31,958 nucleotides of DNA from a virus (Duplodnaviria; Caudoviricetes): positions 1 through 31,958 of the IMG/VR virus record IMGVR_UViG_3300044701_001735; one strand, 5' to 3'. This document shows positions 8,345 to 17,010 of the stretch, piece after piece; the stretch's first letter is position 1; each line of letters opens with the position of its first letter. A program made the translations under genes and the position numbers. The notes below the pieces were generated by a model, which made no database searches, was not told where the DNA came from, and was given only the letters and a program-made list of their open reading frames with translations.

Positions 8345-9127
8345 ATGTATACAGTTGGTATCGGCATTACTACTAGAAACAGAGTTGATCTATTAGAGAA
8401 AGCTTGCTCATCAATTAAACAATTTACAGAATGTAAAGACGTTAAACTGATTGTTGTTGATGATAGTGATTCCGATACCCAACATTTAAGTGAAGCCGTG
8501 TCTAATAAGCACGGCTTTAATTATTACCACGGTGGCGTTCGCAAGGGTATTGCCGGTGCCAAGAATGCATGTCTGAGGAATTTAAAGGACTGCGACTTCG
8601 TATTTCTTTTTGATGATGACTGCTTTCCTATCCAGTTCGGATGGGATACTTATGTTATCAATGCCCATTTGAAAACTGGAATCCATCACTTCAATCTTCT
8701 TGATGAGAAAATTCATGGCATTAGACAGAAGCATGCGTTCGATGATATAATTATCACACATCATAATATTCTTGGCGGAGTAATGATGTTTTTAACTAAG
8801 CAGATTGTTGAGAGTGTTGGCGCGTTTAATCATAATTATGGCATATACGGTTACGAGCATGCCTCATATACATATAGAGCCTTCAGGACTGGGCTGTGCG
8901 GCAGGTTTGGCCTGTATCTAAGTATAGAAGGGTTGCAAGACTACTTGCTATCCCTAGACTGTGCTGCACATAAAACGAATCAGCATCATCAATATTATAA
9001 AGACAACTACGAAGGCACTTTTGAATCATCTATGCACAAGGAGAGGGATAAATTAAATTCTTATATAAGTGACAATCAACAGGTTTATCTTAGTGAGTTG
9101 GATGGCCCAATTTACATAGAACTATAA
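8345..9127 (+). CDS. Glycosyltransferase family 2 (GT-A)
   Basis: 260 aa. IGITTRNR, IVVDDS, GIAGAKNACL, FLFDDD (DxD), VGAFNHNYGIYGYEH. Confidence 0.88.
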   Translation: MYTVGIGITTRNRVDLLEKACSSIKQFTECKDVKLIVVDDSDSDTQHLSEAVSNKHGFNYYHGGVRKGIAGAKNACLRNLKDCDFVFLFDDDCFPIQFGWDTYVINAHLKTGIHHFNLLDEKIHGIRQKHAFDDIIITHHNILGGVMMFLTKQIVESVGAFNHNYGIYGYEHASYTYRAFRTGLCGRFGLYLSIEGLQDYLLSLDCAAHKTNQHHQYYKDNYEGTFESSMHKERDKLNSYISDNQQVYLSELDGPIYIEL

Positions 9128-9136
9128 GGAGGCATA

Positions 9137-9388
9137 ATGGACAAGAACAGGAAATTCATCAAGGCTCTTAATCAGGAAGAGTTATCCAACAGGATCAAGA
9201 ACGTGGCCTACGAAAGTCTTACAATGATTTTCGATATTAATGAAATGATCAACAAATCAGACAAGAACACTTTTGCAGATTGTGAGGAATTGATCAAGCG
9301 TATATCAAGCAGGATCAAACAGGGTGATAAGAGGATTTATTCCCAACTACTGTTCGACTCAGATTCTACTTATGAAGAGTGTAAATAA
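9137..9388 (+). CDS. Hypothetical protein
   Basis: 83 aa with a strong AAGGAGG Shine-Dalgarno upstream. Followed by a terminator. Confidence 0.7.
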   Translation: MDKNRKFIKALNQEELSNRIKNVAYESLTMIFDINEMINKSDKNTFADCEELIKRISSRIKQGDKRIYSQLLFDSDSTYEECK

Positions 9389-9405
9389 ATACTCCATAAA
9401 GGTTT

Positions 9406-9430
9406 AGAGGCCCGTTAGGGCCTCTTTTTT
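9406..9430 (+). terminator. Rho-independent terminator at convergence of the two gene blocks
   Basis: AGAGGCCC-GTTA-GGGCCTCT followed by TTTTT. Confidence 0.88.
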
Positions 9431-9773
9431 ATTTATCCGTAGATTCTAACTTATTTTCCTTTAGTTCACCTCTAAGGAAGAGATACGCTTCTTCTACGAT
9501 AATCTCCATTTCATCGCGTGAGATAACGCGCTTGACCAATCTAGGGCTTGATCCCATTAGTATATCAACTACGGCTTGCCTCTTCTCTTTCCCGCTTAAC
9601 TGCTGAGCGGATACTTCTCTCACGAGTTTAATTGCAATAGGCCATATTAGGCTATACTGCTTCTTTCGTAGAACATCAATTAACGAGTTAAGAGTAAGTC
9701 CGATGATTGCAAATGTTTCCCAGTTTGATGTAATGAACCCAATAATCTGTGGTAGGTTTTCCATGATCTGCAT
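9429..9773 (-). CDS. Holin (LL-H-like)
   Basis: 114 aa. N-terminal hydrophobic helix, then LSGKEKRQAV...IIVEEAY, resembling the LL-H holin G-x-E-K and IExA(V/Y) motifs. Lies in the lysis cassette. Confidence 0.6.
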   Translation of the reverse strand: MQIMENLPQIIGFITSNWETFAIIGLTLNSLIDVLRKKQYSLIWPIAIKLVREVSAQQLSGKEKRQAVVDILMGSSPRLVKRVISRDEMEIIVEEAYLFLRGELKENKLESTDK

Positions 9774-10060
9774 TATCGTACCTTCTCATTTAACTTGTCT
9801 ATTTTGTTTTCCATTCGGTCTAGGCGTTTTTCGATAACACCAGACATTTTCTCCTGTGATTGTACAATTACTTTTAATTCAGACTCGTCAACTTTTTTAC
9901 TTAAACCCTGTGTGTTTTCCATAACTTGCGCTTTTAACTCGCTGTAATTTCCCCAGAACACTAAGACTGCCGTCATTACAGATATTAGAGCCGTTACAAA
10001 TACTTCCGCACCATTGTTTTTAACCATTTCTGATAGTGAACTTCTTGGCCTATTGAACAT
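9773..10060 (-). CDS. Single-TM coiled-coil membrane protein (holin/antiholin-like accessory)
   Basis: 95 aa. TM VFVTALISVMTAVLVFWG then heptads ending RLDRMENKIDKL. TAATG overlaps with both neighbours. Confidence 0.55.
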   Translation of the reverse strand: MFNRPRSSLSEMVKNNGAEVFVTALISVMTAVLVFWGNYSELKAQVMENTQGLSKKVDESELKVIVQSQEKMSGVIEKRLDRMENKIDKLNEKVR

Positions 10061-10581
10061 TAGAAAAAGCCTTTCATGTACTCTGATTTAGATTCGCCGC
10101 TTTTTAATTTCTGTAGATACCAATTTGCCTTATTCAATACTACTGGCAGAAGTTCTCCTATATCTGGCTTTCCGTACTTATCCATCTTGCCATAAAATAC
10201 ATGGTCCGTTACGTTTGGAACCTTATGAAATTTATTCGTATCGTTCAAGTCCATGGCAACGTGTGTTCCCTTTATACCTATATTGAGGAAGATACAAAGT
10301 TCTGCAACCAACTTAGCCATAGCTTCGACTTGCTCAACGTGAATCGGGAAGTCCTTGATTCCGCCGCAAAGAGATATTCCAACTCTTCCTGTATTTCTTT
10401 TCCATACGTGCGCCCCTTTTTCCATTAGGGATCGCGTCTGAACAACATCTGCGCCTTTTCCATCCCATACAATGCAGAAATGGTAATGATCGTATGTGGT
10501 CTTATGATTGCCCGCTGTCCAGTGCAATACAATACCGCATACGACCTGTTTAAGTTGTTCTAATTGTTTTTGGGAAAGCAT
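10060..10581 (-). CDS. Endolysin, N-acetylmuramoyl-L-alanine amidase (Amidase_2-like)
   Basis: IVLHWTAG, YHFCI, AHVWKRNTGRVGISLCG, QVEAMAKLVAEL and VTDH show the zinc-amidase layout. Confidence 0.85.
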   Translation of the reverse strand: MLSQKQLEQLKQVVCGIVLHWTAGNHKTTYDHYHFCIVWDGKGADVVQTRSLMEKGAHVWKRNTGRVGISLCGGIKDFPIHVEQVEAMAKLVAELCIFLNIGIKGTHVAMDLNDTNKFHKVPNVTDHVFYGKMDKYGKPDIGELLPVVLNKANWYLQKLKSGESKSEYMKGFF

Positions 10582-10588
10582 TTCTGAT

Positions 10589-10636
10589 TCCTTTAAAGAA
10601 TAAAAGCAGTATTAATTATTTTAATTCTTTAAAGGA
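10589..10636 (-). promoter_or_regulatory. 13-bp inverted repeat sequestering the endolysin Shine-Dalgarno
   Basis: TCCTTTAAAGAAT (10589-10601) / ATTCTTTAAAGGA (10624-10636). The mRNA 3' arm ends in AAAGGA, 7 nt upstream of the ATG at 10581. Confidence 0.7.
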
Positions 10637-10644
10637 TTGTTAAG

Positions 10645-11031
10645 TTACCAAGGCTTAGCAGGCCATTCTACGGGGCCATCTTCGTAGTTCTTGGTTATAT
10701 CTCTTAATGCTTTTCTATATGCTACAAGTGCTGTAGTATCTTCCATATTGTCTTGTGCGCGATTTATTCTCCAATCAGCTTCTTGTAGAAGCGGTTCGCG
10801 CATCATCCTTAATTCCAAGAGATCAGGGTATACCTCATATGAATGGACACACGCCTTCATCCTATCGCTATCTTGCTCTGACAACTCTTTATCTTCGTGA
10901 AGATAGATTAACACGCCAGTTGGTGAAAGCATAATGTACTTCAAGGCTTCCACTTGTAGTAGCAATAACTTTCTCCACAACTGCTGAATGTTGATTGTCT
11001 TCTTGACTTCTACTGAAATAATTTTGCTCAT
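10645..11031 (-). CDS. Tail fibre assembly chaperone
   Basis: C-terminal LRMMREPLLQEADW...YRKALRDIT...VEWPAKPW signature. Lies after the fibre genes. Confidence 0.85.
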   Translation of the reverse strand: MSKIISVEVKKTINIQQLWRKLLLLQVEALKYIMLSPTGVLIYLHEDKELSEQDSDRMKACVHSYEVYPDLLELRMMREPLLQEADWRINRAQDNMEDTTALVAYRKALRDITKNYEDGPVEWPAKPW

Positions 11032-11895
11032 CTAAACCTCCAAATATCCTATGTTTAGATTCAAAAATTGTAGCGTGAAATGGTGATACAATCCTGTCTG
11101 AGTGGAAGGGAGTATGAATCCAAAGAACTTGACAGACTTGCCGGAATAAGCCTGCGTTAGCGTGACATACTTCTTCAGAGTCACCCTTTGGTTGTACGCT
11201 GAAAATAGGATAGGCTCTTGAGATAAGAATTGATCCCAATCAAAAACAACTCCGGGATTGTCGCAAATAGCACTCTTTGTAAATCCATAATACTCAGTCG
11301 TTGTTTGCGGAATTAGACCAAATGCAAATGCCATAAATGTTTGAGCAGTTAGCAGGGACGGAACACTGTGAGCCTGCCATTTTGATTCACCTAGTGAAGA
11401 CCCAGGCTCTGCTAGATCGCCTGCTGGTATAGCAACCAATGATCTCCAAAACTTGCCATTATGGTATACGACCTCGTTTACATCAAAACCTTGTGATACT
11501 TTGGAATCATATGTTAATAATCCGCCCTCTGTGCCATAACTGAAGTTAAATGTTAAATCTGCTTCTAGGCAAAAAGTCTTTGTGCCAGAGAATTGTGGAA
11601 GAGTTAAAATGTTGCCGGAAGTGCTGTAGTAATTTACTTCAAACTGGCTAAGCGAACCAATACTCGCACCTTCAAACACAAATGTTGAAGATGGGAATGG
11701 GAATAGTTTGGTTACTGTACTATCATAATCATTTAGATGGACGTTCTTTTGCCCGAATTGCTTCTGCGTTTCCAACTGCTCTATTCGTGAAATAGATTGT
11801 TCGGAGAAGAATTTTAAGGCGTTTAAATCACGTTGGTTATCTTCATTGTGATAAAGCTGATTTATTTTCCCGCTTTCATTACGATTGATTTTCAT
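11032..11895 (-). CDS. Tail fibre/receptor-binding protein with CBM5/12-like module
   Basis: 287 aa upstream of the fibre chaperone. Module FDVNEVVYHNGKFWRSLVAIPAGDLAEPG...KW. Confidence 0.6.
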   Translation of the reverse strand: MKINRNESGKINQLYHNEDNQRDLNALKFFSEQSISRIEQLETQKQFGQKNVHLNDYDSTVTKLFPFPSSTFVFEGASIGSLSQFEVNYYSTSGNILTLPQFSGTKTFCLEADLTFNFSYGTEGGLLTYDSKVSQGFDVNEVVYHNGKFWRSLVAIPAGDLAEPGSSLGESKWQAHSVPSLLTAQTFMAFAFGLIPQTTTEYYGFTKSAICDNPGVVFDWDQFLSQEPILFSAYNQRVTLKKYVTLTQAYSGKSVKFFGFILPSTQTGLYHHFTLQFLNLNIGYLEV

Positions 11896-12410
11896 AGGTA
11901 TTCCTCAATGCCGTTAAACCCAATAACTACACTGTCGGAATTATCCGCGCTTGCAACTCTTACCGCAAACAACTTATTCGTCGGGGAAATGACGACGCCG
12001 GGAATCATTGTTGTTCCATCCCAAGAGTTTACAAATCCTTGGAAAATGATCATGAAATTGGAGGCATCAGCCTTTACGAAGTCACCAGAATAGTTGGCAT
12101 TAGCGGCGTAAAGCGTGACTGCTTGCGGTAGGTACTCGCCCCATTTTGTTTCGTCTGTCGGCAATGTTCCGGCAGAAACACTCGTTTTAGCAACAATTAA
12201 TCTACCGCTAAACTTAGCGACCATTCCGTACTCGTATTGAATATTATCCTGCCATAAGCCAGTGTATGTGTATTCCTCTAAGCCGGACGGTGTTATCGTA
12301 ACAGTTCCGACCGCTTTTTTTACTAAAGTATCAGGCTGGTACAAAATACCGTCTTGCGTATCAGTATCGAGCCATACATTTCCGAGTAATCCACATTTAG
12401 GATCTGACAT
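11892..12410 (-). CDS. Tail-associated protein with CBM5/12-like module
   Basis: 172 aa. GLWQDNIQYEYGMVAKFSGRLIVAK...PTDETKW. Confidence 0.55.
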   Translation of the reverse strand: MSDPKCGLLGNVWLDTDTQDGILYQPDTLVKKAVGTVTITPSGLEEYTYTGLWQDNIQYEYGMVAKFSGRLIVAKTSVSAGTLPTDETKWGEYLPQAVTLYAANANYSGDFVKADASNFMIIFQGFVNSWDGTTMIPGVVISPTNKLFAVRVASADNSDSVVIGFNGIEEYL

Positions 12411-12421
12411 TATTTCCTACC

Positions 12422-13012
12422 TCACATTGAACCGTAAAATAAACCCTTGAAACCTAACTGAAGCCCTTTTCTGAATCTAACAATTTCGGAAGGCTTTCTA
12501 AAGTCAGTAAGGCTCTCTTGTGGGCTATCTAAATTCTGCACTAGAAATAGCGGAGTATCGCCGCTTGGCATTGAATTATACCCACCCGCTGTTACGCGAA
12601 ACTTCACAACAGATTCCTTTGAATTTGGCCTTATGACCAATTCTTCTGTCCTTGTAGAAACATCAGTAAGCCTGTAGACATATTCTAGATCTGTTTCAAC
12701 AACTTCTGAATATGCTGAAATCATGTAAGTTGTGATTGATTCCGATAACGGCAAAAATGCTTTGTTCTCAGAAGTCTGCTTGTGTGTGCTAAATATGCCG
12801 TCTTTTATAATTGCACCATTTGAGAATGTGACTTCTGCCGTAGTGTCACTGACCTGAGTTGCATCGACCCAATTTAATCCAAACAAGACTCCATCTGTTG
12901 ATTCCATAAAGTCTCTAAGGACCATCTGGAAAGCGTTTTCAACATTGTCTTGAACGCTAATGATATGGGTATCTAATATTTCTTGTTGTGGAGTAATGAA
13001 AGTCTTTTTCAT
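12422..13012 (-). CDS. Baseplate/tail-fibre adaptor protein (putative)
   Basis: 196 aa between fibre genes. GVLFGL, GAIIKDG and LTDFR resemble fibre-base domains. Call is mostly positional. Confidence 0.45.
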   Translation of the reverse strand: MKKTFITPQQEILDTHIISVQDNVENAFQMVLRDFMESTDGVLFGLNWVDATQVSDTTAEVTFSNGAIIKDGIFSTHKQTSENKAFLPLSESITTYMISAYSEVVETDLEYVYRLTDVSTRTEELVIRPNSKESVVKFRVTAGGYNSMPSGDTPLFLVQNLDSPQESLTDFRKPSEIVRFRKGLQLGFKGLFYGSM

Positions 13013-13048
13013 TTATTCGCCTTCCGAATTATTCATAATTTATTTAAC

Positions 13049-14926
13049 TTAGAAGATGGTGACTTTCACGGCTCCCCACTCGTTATCAGTGGAACTTATT
13101 GAATAAACTTTGCTTGCTGCAAAGACATGTAGAACGAGAATGTCTCCGCTGGATAGCTGCACATTACCGCAGTCATACCATTGCGAAGGTGCCTGATCTG
13201 GCGTAGTGGTGTTGTCGCCTAGATCGTACAGCATTTGGTAAACTTTACCGTTATGCTTTACAACATGATTGACAGAATAATCCACTCCACTCTCCCATTG
13301 TTGATGAAGGGCAGTTGTTTTGAAAGCTGGCCCACCACCAGATTCGTATGGTTCAATATATAGCCAAGCGTATGCGGTAGTTCTTTCTTTTTCAATGAGG
13401 TAGTTCTGTACGTTTTCCGAAGGAGGGTTGGCGCTTTCGGAGTTTATACGCCTTATTTCTACATACAGAACATTGGCGGCATATTGCCAAAATGATGTTG
13501 TCTCTGATTGAGGGGTGCATGATGAAAGAATGTTTACTTGTGTTGGAGTAAATCCAGTCTCAATGAAATTGCTTGCGATTATATCAGTTAGTGACGAAGG
13601 TGCGTCATAGTAAACTGTATCGCGGAATGGGTATTCAGATGTTCTTGTATCAAATAGTTCCACAAATGGCCCTTGAGTTTGACCACCAGTTGAATTTATA
13701 CTATCCCTAATGCTTTGTTCCGCTTGCAACGCTCTTGCTGTTTCTGCTGAGACTTCCCAGCCTATATCATTAATCTTTAGCAGAAGCTGTTCATCCTTAC
13801 CGTCAACGTAAGACTTATTGGTAACATCGTTTGCGTTTGTTGGCGCACTTGTTACCGAGATTGATGTTACAGGAGTGGCGGGATCGAAGGTGCCAGTTGC
13901 ACCAGTTGCGCCAGTTGATCCCGTCGATCCCTGCGGCCCTTGGGGTCCCTGTGGTCCTTGAGGTCCTTGAGGGCCTTGTGCGCCCTGAAGCCCTTGTGGT
14001 CCCTGCAATCCTTGTTCGCCCTGTGGTCCGGGTATTCCCGTAACACCAATTGCTGAACCCATTGGAAACACTGTTCCAACCGAGGCATTACCCTCGGTAT
14101 CATATGGAATGACAGTTAATATGTCGTCTACCTGATTCTTGGACAAAACCATAAGGTATATAGCGTCACTGCCATCTGGACTTACAAGTAATACCATTCC
14201 TTTATCAATGAAGGCTCTTGAGTCTGCTAACACTATTGTCGATTGATCACTAGATACTGTGAATGACTGAGTTATTTCAGTTAATGGTATTGCGCCGTCT
14301 TGCCCGTCCGTTCCATCCGTGCCAGGAATGCCAACTACGCCAGATACAGAGATATTCTGAAGCTCTTGAATAATCTTTGTATCAACATATCCTTTGTTCG
14401 CTAGATCAGTTGATTGTGATGGCTGAACAAGTGATACTGCTCCACTTGCAAAGGTTTGTTTAGCTGTGAAGGTGTGTTGCGCCGATAAATCGAACAGACC
14501 TGTTCCGGCAGGCCCTTGGGGTCCTTGTGGTCCCTGTGGTCCTTGAGGGCCTTGTGGACCCTGCGCCCCTCCTGCTGGACCTGCTGGACCCTGTAAGCCT
14601 TGAGGCCCTTGTGGGCCTGCATCGCCCTTGTCACCCTTTACGGCGACATAGCCCCAATCGTCACCAATTGTCGGTGCATTAACTGTGGCACTAATATTCC
14701 TTTTGGCGATATAACTTGAGCCAGAATAAAACACTACATCGTTGAGAGCATAAGAAGTGTTTGGCGTCCAAACGCCTTTATAACTAAATCCCTTGATATT
14801 GGATTGAGTTAATGCTGTTTGAATGCTAACCTTTTTGGTTATGCTATTCTGCACTATTGGGAAAAAGTCCGTGTTATTCACGCTATTAGCGGTTGGTAAC
14901 TGACTTATCTTAATTTCTTCGCTCAT
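13049..14926 (-). CDS. Collagen-like tail fibre with two CBM5/12-like modules
   Basis: 625 aa. KISQLP N-terminus, two (GPQ)n collagen tracts each followed by an NKxYVD motif, and W..Y..D.V...G..Y...P...W modules near both ends. Confidence 0.8.
   Translation of the reverse strand: MSEEIKISQLPTANSVNNTDFFPIVQNSITKKVSIQTALTQSNIKGFSYKGVWTPNTSYALNDVVFYSGSSYIAKRNISATVNAPTIGDDWGYVAVKGDKGDAGPQGPQGLQGPAGPAGGAQGPQGPQGPQGPQGPQGPAGTGLFDLSAQHTFTAKQTFASGAVSLVQPSQSTDLANKGYVDTKIIQELQNISVSGVVGIPGTDGTDGQDGAIPLTEITQSFTVSSDQSTIVLADSRAFIDKGMVLLVSPDGSDAIYLMVLSKNQVDDILTVIPYDTEGNASVGTVFPMGSAIGVTGIPGPQGEQGLQGPQGLQGAQGPQGPQGPQGPQGPQGSTGSTGATGATGTFDPATPVTSISVTSAPTNANDVTNKSYVDGKDEQLLLKINDIGWEVSAETARALQAEQSIRDSINSTGGQTQGPFVELFDTRTSEYPFRDTVYYDAPSSLTDIIASNFIETGFTPTQVNILSSCTPQSETTSFWQYAANVLYVEIRRINSESANPPSENVQNYLIEKERTTAYAWLYIEPYESGGGPAFKTTALHQQWESGVDYSVNHVVKHNGKVYQMLYDLGDNTTTPDQAPSQWYDCGNVQLSSGDILVLHVFAASKVYSISSTDNEWGAVKVTIF
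13892..14040 (-). repeat. Collagen Gly-X-Y repeat tract 2
   Basis: GIPGPQGEQGLQGPQ...GSTGATGATG. 9-bp periodic DNA. Confidence 0.9.
14498..14636 (-). repeat. Collagen Gly-X-Y repeat tract 1
   Basis: GDKGDAGPQGPQGLQGPAGPAGGAQGPQ...GPAGTG, with one interruption. Confidence 0.9.
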
Positions 14927-14936
14927 CTAACTTACC

Positions 14937-15806
14937 TTATAGTGGATATTTCAAATATAATTTAATTCCAAATGCCTTAGATTTATCCAAATGTAGGCAT
15001 AGCTGTTCTAGTGTGTATGCGTCCGGTTTTTTGTACAATTCTATGAAGGCTGTATATGGAGGAACCGAACCTGCTCCATAAAACGAGTGCGGCCTGCCGG
15101 TGGATTGGTCTATGCCTTCTGTGTAAAAGTTCCTCTTTGATGCGTTACTTCCCTGTCTACAAAACGCACCCCTTGGGCCTTTTACGTACATATCGCTTGG
15201 CTCACGATAAGTAAAGTCCAAAACGATTTGCCTTAGACTATTTTGGTCAGGGCCGTACTCATACAATAAAGCTGTTACCCTTCTTCTGTAATCATCATCA
15301 GATTCTCGTTCACTTGTAGATGATCCTCTGAATATAATTCGTTTCGGGGGTTGATGCTCTGTTGAGATAACCTTACCGCTCACTTCGTCGGCAACGAACA
15401 TGGGTATCCCTTGCCCAAGCCTTCCGATGCCAAATAGGGTTGACGCATATTTATCTAGCACATCACCTTGCGCTGTGTTGAAATTGGTGTCGTAATGCAA
15501 TGTGTCTATTGCGTCTAAGTTAATCTTGAATGAGTCTGCAATTGAATGAAATAGTTTGGTTGCAGCGGATATGCTCGACTCCTTCCAACTGGCCTGTGAC
15601 AAGTTATCATCTGTTGGATGCACGGACACATTGTTGTCAGTGATTGACTCGTAAGCCTTATCATCTAGCAGTACAATATCACCTTCATTGTAAATTGAGT
15701 CTGGTGAGTAATTGCCTACGAAATTGTCATCCCTTTTAAATCTTGTCGGAAGGGATAATACAATTCGTTTTGTTATTGATAGCAGGTCGAAGTTTTTTGC
15801 TGACAT
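14937..15806 (-). CDS. Baseplate wedge protein (tail protein I/gp48-like) with inserted CBM5/12-like module
   Basis: Follows baseplate J. TAQGDVLDKYA..FGIGR...ESDDDYRRR motifs and C-terminal KAFGIKLY. Confidence 0.75.
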   Translation of the reverse strand: MSAKNFDLLSITKRIVLSLPTRFKRDDNFVGNYSPDSIYNEGDIVLLDDKAYESITDNNVSVHPTDDNLSQASWKESSISAATKLFHSIADSFKINLDAIDTLHYDTNFNTAQGDVLDKYASTLFGIGRLGQGIPMFVADEVSGKVISTEHQPPKRIIFRGSSTSERESDDDYRRRVTALLYEYGPDQNSLRQIVLDFTYREPSDMYVKGPRGAFCRQGSNASKRNFYTEGIDQSTGRPHSFYGAGSVPPYTAFIELYKKPDAYTLEQLCLHLDKSKAFGIKLYLKYPL

Positions 15807-17008
15807 TAAAGTGTACCAAGAGATACTGTGTCATCGTTCATGTCAAAGAACTCAATCTGTATTGATGAGTTAGCGTATTGAGTGTTTTGATCGATTGTAA
15901 GTCTGATTACGTAAGCGTCATTGCTTCCAGTTGGTTTATAGTCTCCAAATGAGTATGTTGTGCTGTCAATTTCCGCGATCGCTACATCCTTGATGTTATT
16001 GACACCGGGCACATTTGCAGACAGGATAACGTCATATACTTGGAGTTCAGACTTGGTGCTTGTATTGACGTATTCGGTAATTGTAGTCTTAATTCTTTCG
16101 GCCAATAGTGCTTTATCGTAGTTATCGTTATCTATTTCTGCCTTTAGCTTAATCTTGATATTCTTCTTGGCTGGTTCAAGAATTTGAAACTTTATTCCGA
16201 ACGCTATAACAGATTCAACAGCGTTCTCAACTTCTATTTTCTGTTGCTCCGATAAACCGCCATTGATGCTATCAGAAGAAACGTAGATGGTATTCGTACC
16301 GGCTGAAGGACTATTCTCCTTTAGTTTGACGTATGATATTCCGGGAACAGATAGGGCCGCAGCCTTAACCGCATCCTCTGTTGCTTTCTTTATACCATTT
16401 AAGAATAACGGAATCCTCTTGCGTAACTGATCATCTGTCTCTTCATTGGCACCATCAGAAAATGCTTCTAGGTTGGTCACTGAGTCGATGCCGGGAATGA
16501 TTGATGTGATGTTCGTTATTTTCCCCTGCGCCACATTACCAATAGGGCCTGCCAATTCACACATAACTTTTCCAGTTACAAATGTGACTGGATTACTTTG
16601 CGTACTAGCGGGGAATACAACATCGCTCATCAATCTGAAAGACACTGTGTTGCCGAAAACGTCTGGTTGCGTTGATACCTGCGCCCCTGCATAGATGTAG
16701 AAAACATCTGGCGAATATTCCAGCCTTGAGAATTTAACGGTGCCGGAAGAGTATCGCGCAAGTTTCCTTGTCATCCCGAAGTCTGCCACTCGATTCTCAA
16801 GATCCAGTCCATTTGCAGTATCAACGTAAAAAGAGCGATATGCTTCTTCTACAAGGAATTGCAGGTACTCTACAAATATAGCAACAGTTTCAAATATAGT
16901 TCTTACATTTGAGCCGGGGGTGAAATCGGTGATTCCCGTACTTGTACTCATACGGGTAATCATTCTATTTACGATTTCAGTGATTGTGTATATTTTTCTT
17001 AGTGCCAT
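15806..17008 (-). CDS. Baseplate J-like protein
   Basis: TDFTPGSNVRTIFE, TANGLDLENRVADFGMTRK, GPIGNVAQGKIT, GANEETDDQLRKRI, AALSVPGI. Confidence 0.92.
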   Translation of the reverse strand: MALRKIYTITEIVNRMITRMSTSTGITDFTPGSNVRTIFETVAIFVEYLQFLVEEAYRSFYVDTANGLDLENRVADFGMTRKLARYSSGTVKFSRLEYSPDVFYIYAGAQVSTQPDVFGNTVSFRLMSDVVFPASTQSNPVTFVTGKVMCELAGPIGNVAQGKITNITSIIPGIDSVTNLEAFSDGANEETDDQLRKRIPLFLNGIKKATEDAVKAAALSVPGISYVKLKENSPSAGTNTIYVSSDSINGGLSEQQKIEVENAVESVIAFGIKFQILEPAKKNIKIKLKAEIDNDNYDKALLAERIKTTITEYVNTSTKSELQVYDVILSANVPGVNNIKDVAIAEIDSTTYSFGDYKPTGSNDAYVIRLTIDQNTQYANSSIQIEFFDMNDDTVSLGTL

Positions 17009-17010
17009 AA

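Noticed and set aside
9773-10060. Spanin pair
   Set aside because: No lipobox-containing o-spanin ORF was recognised within or next to this gene, so a spanin call is unsupported.
10645-14926. Diversity-generating retroelement or invertible fibre cassette
   Set aside because: No reverse transcriptase or recombinase gene. No template/variable repeat pair or flanking inverted sites were seen by eye. A self-alignment would be needed to exclude one fully.
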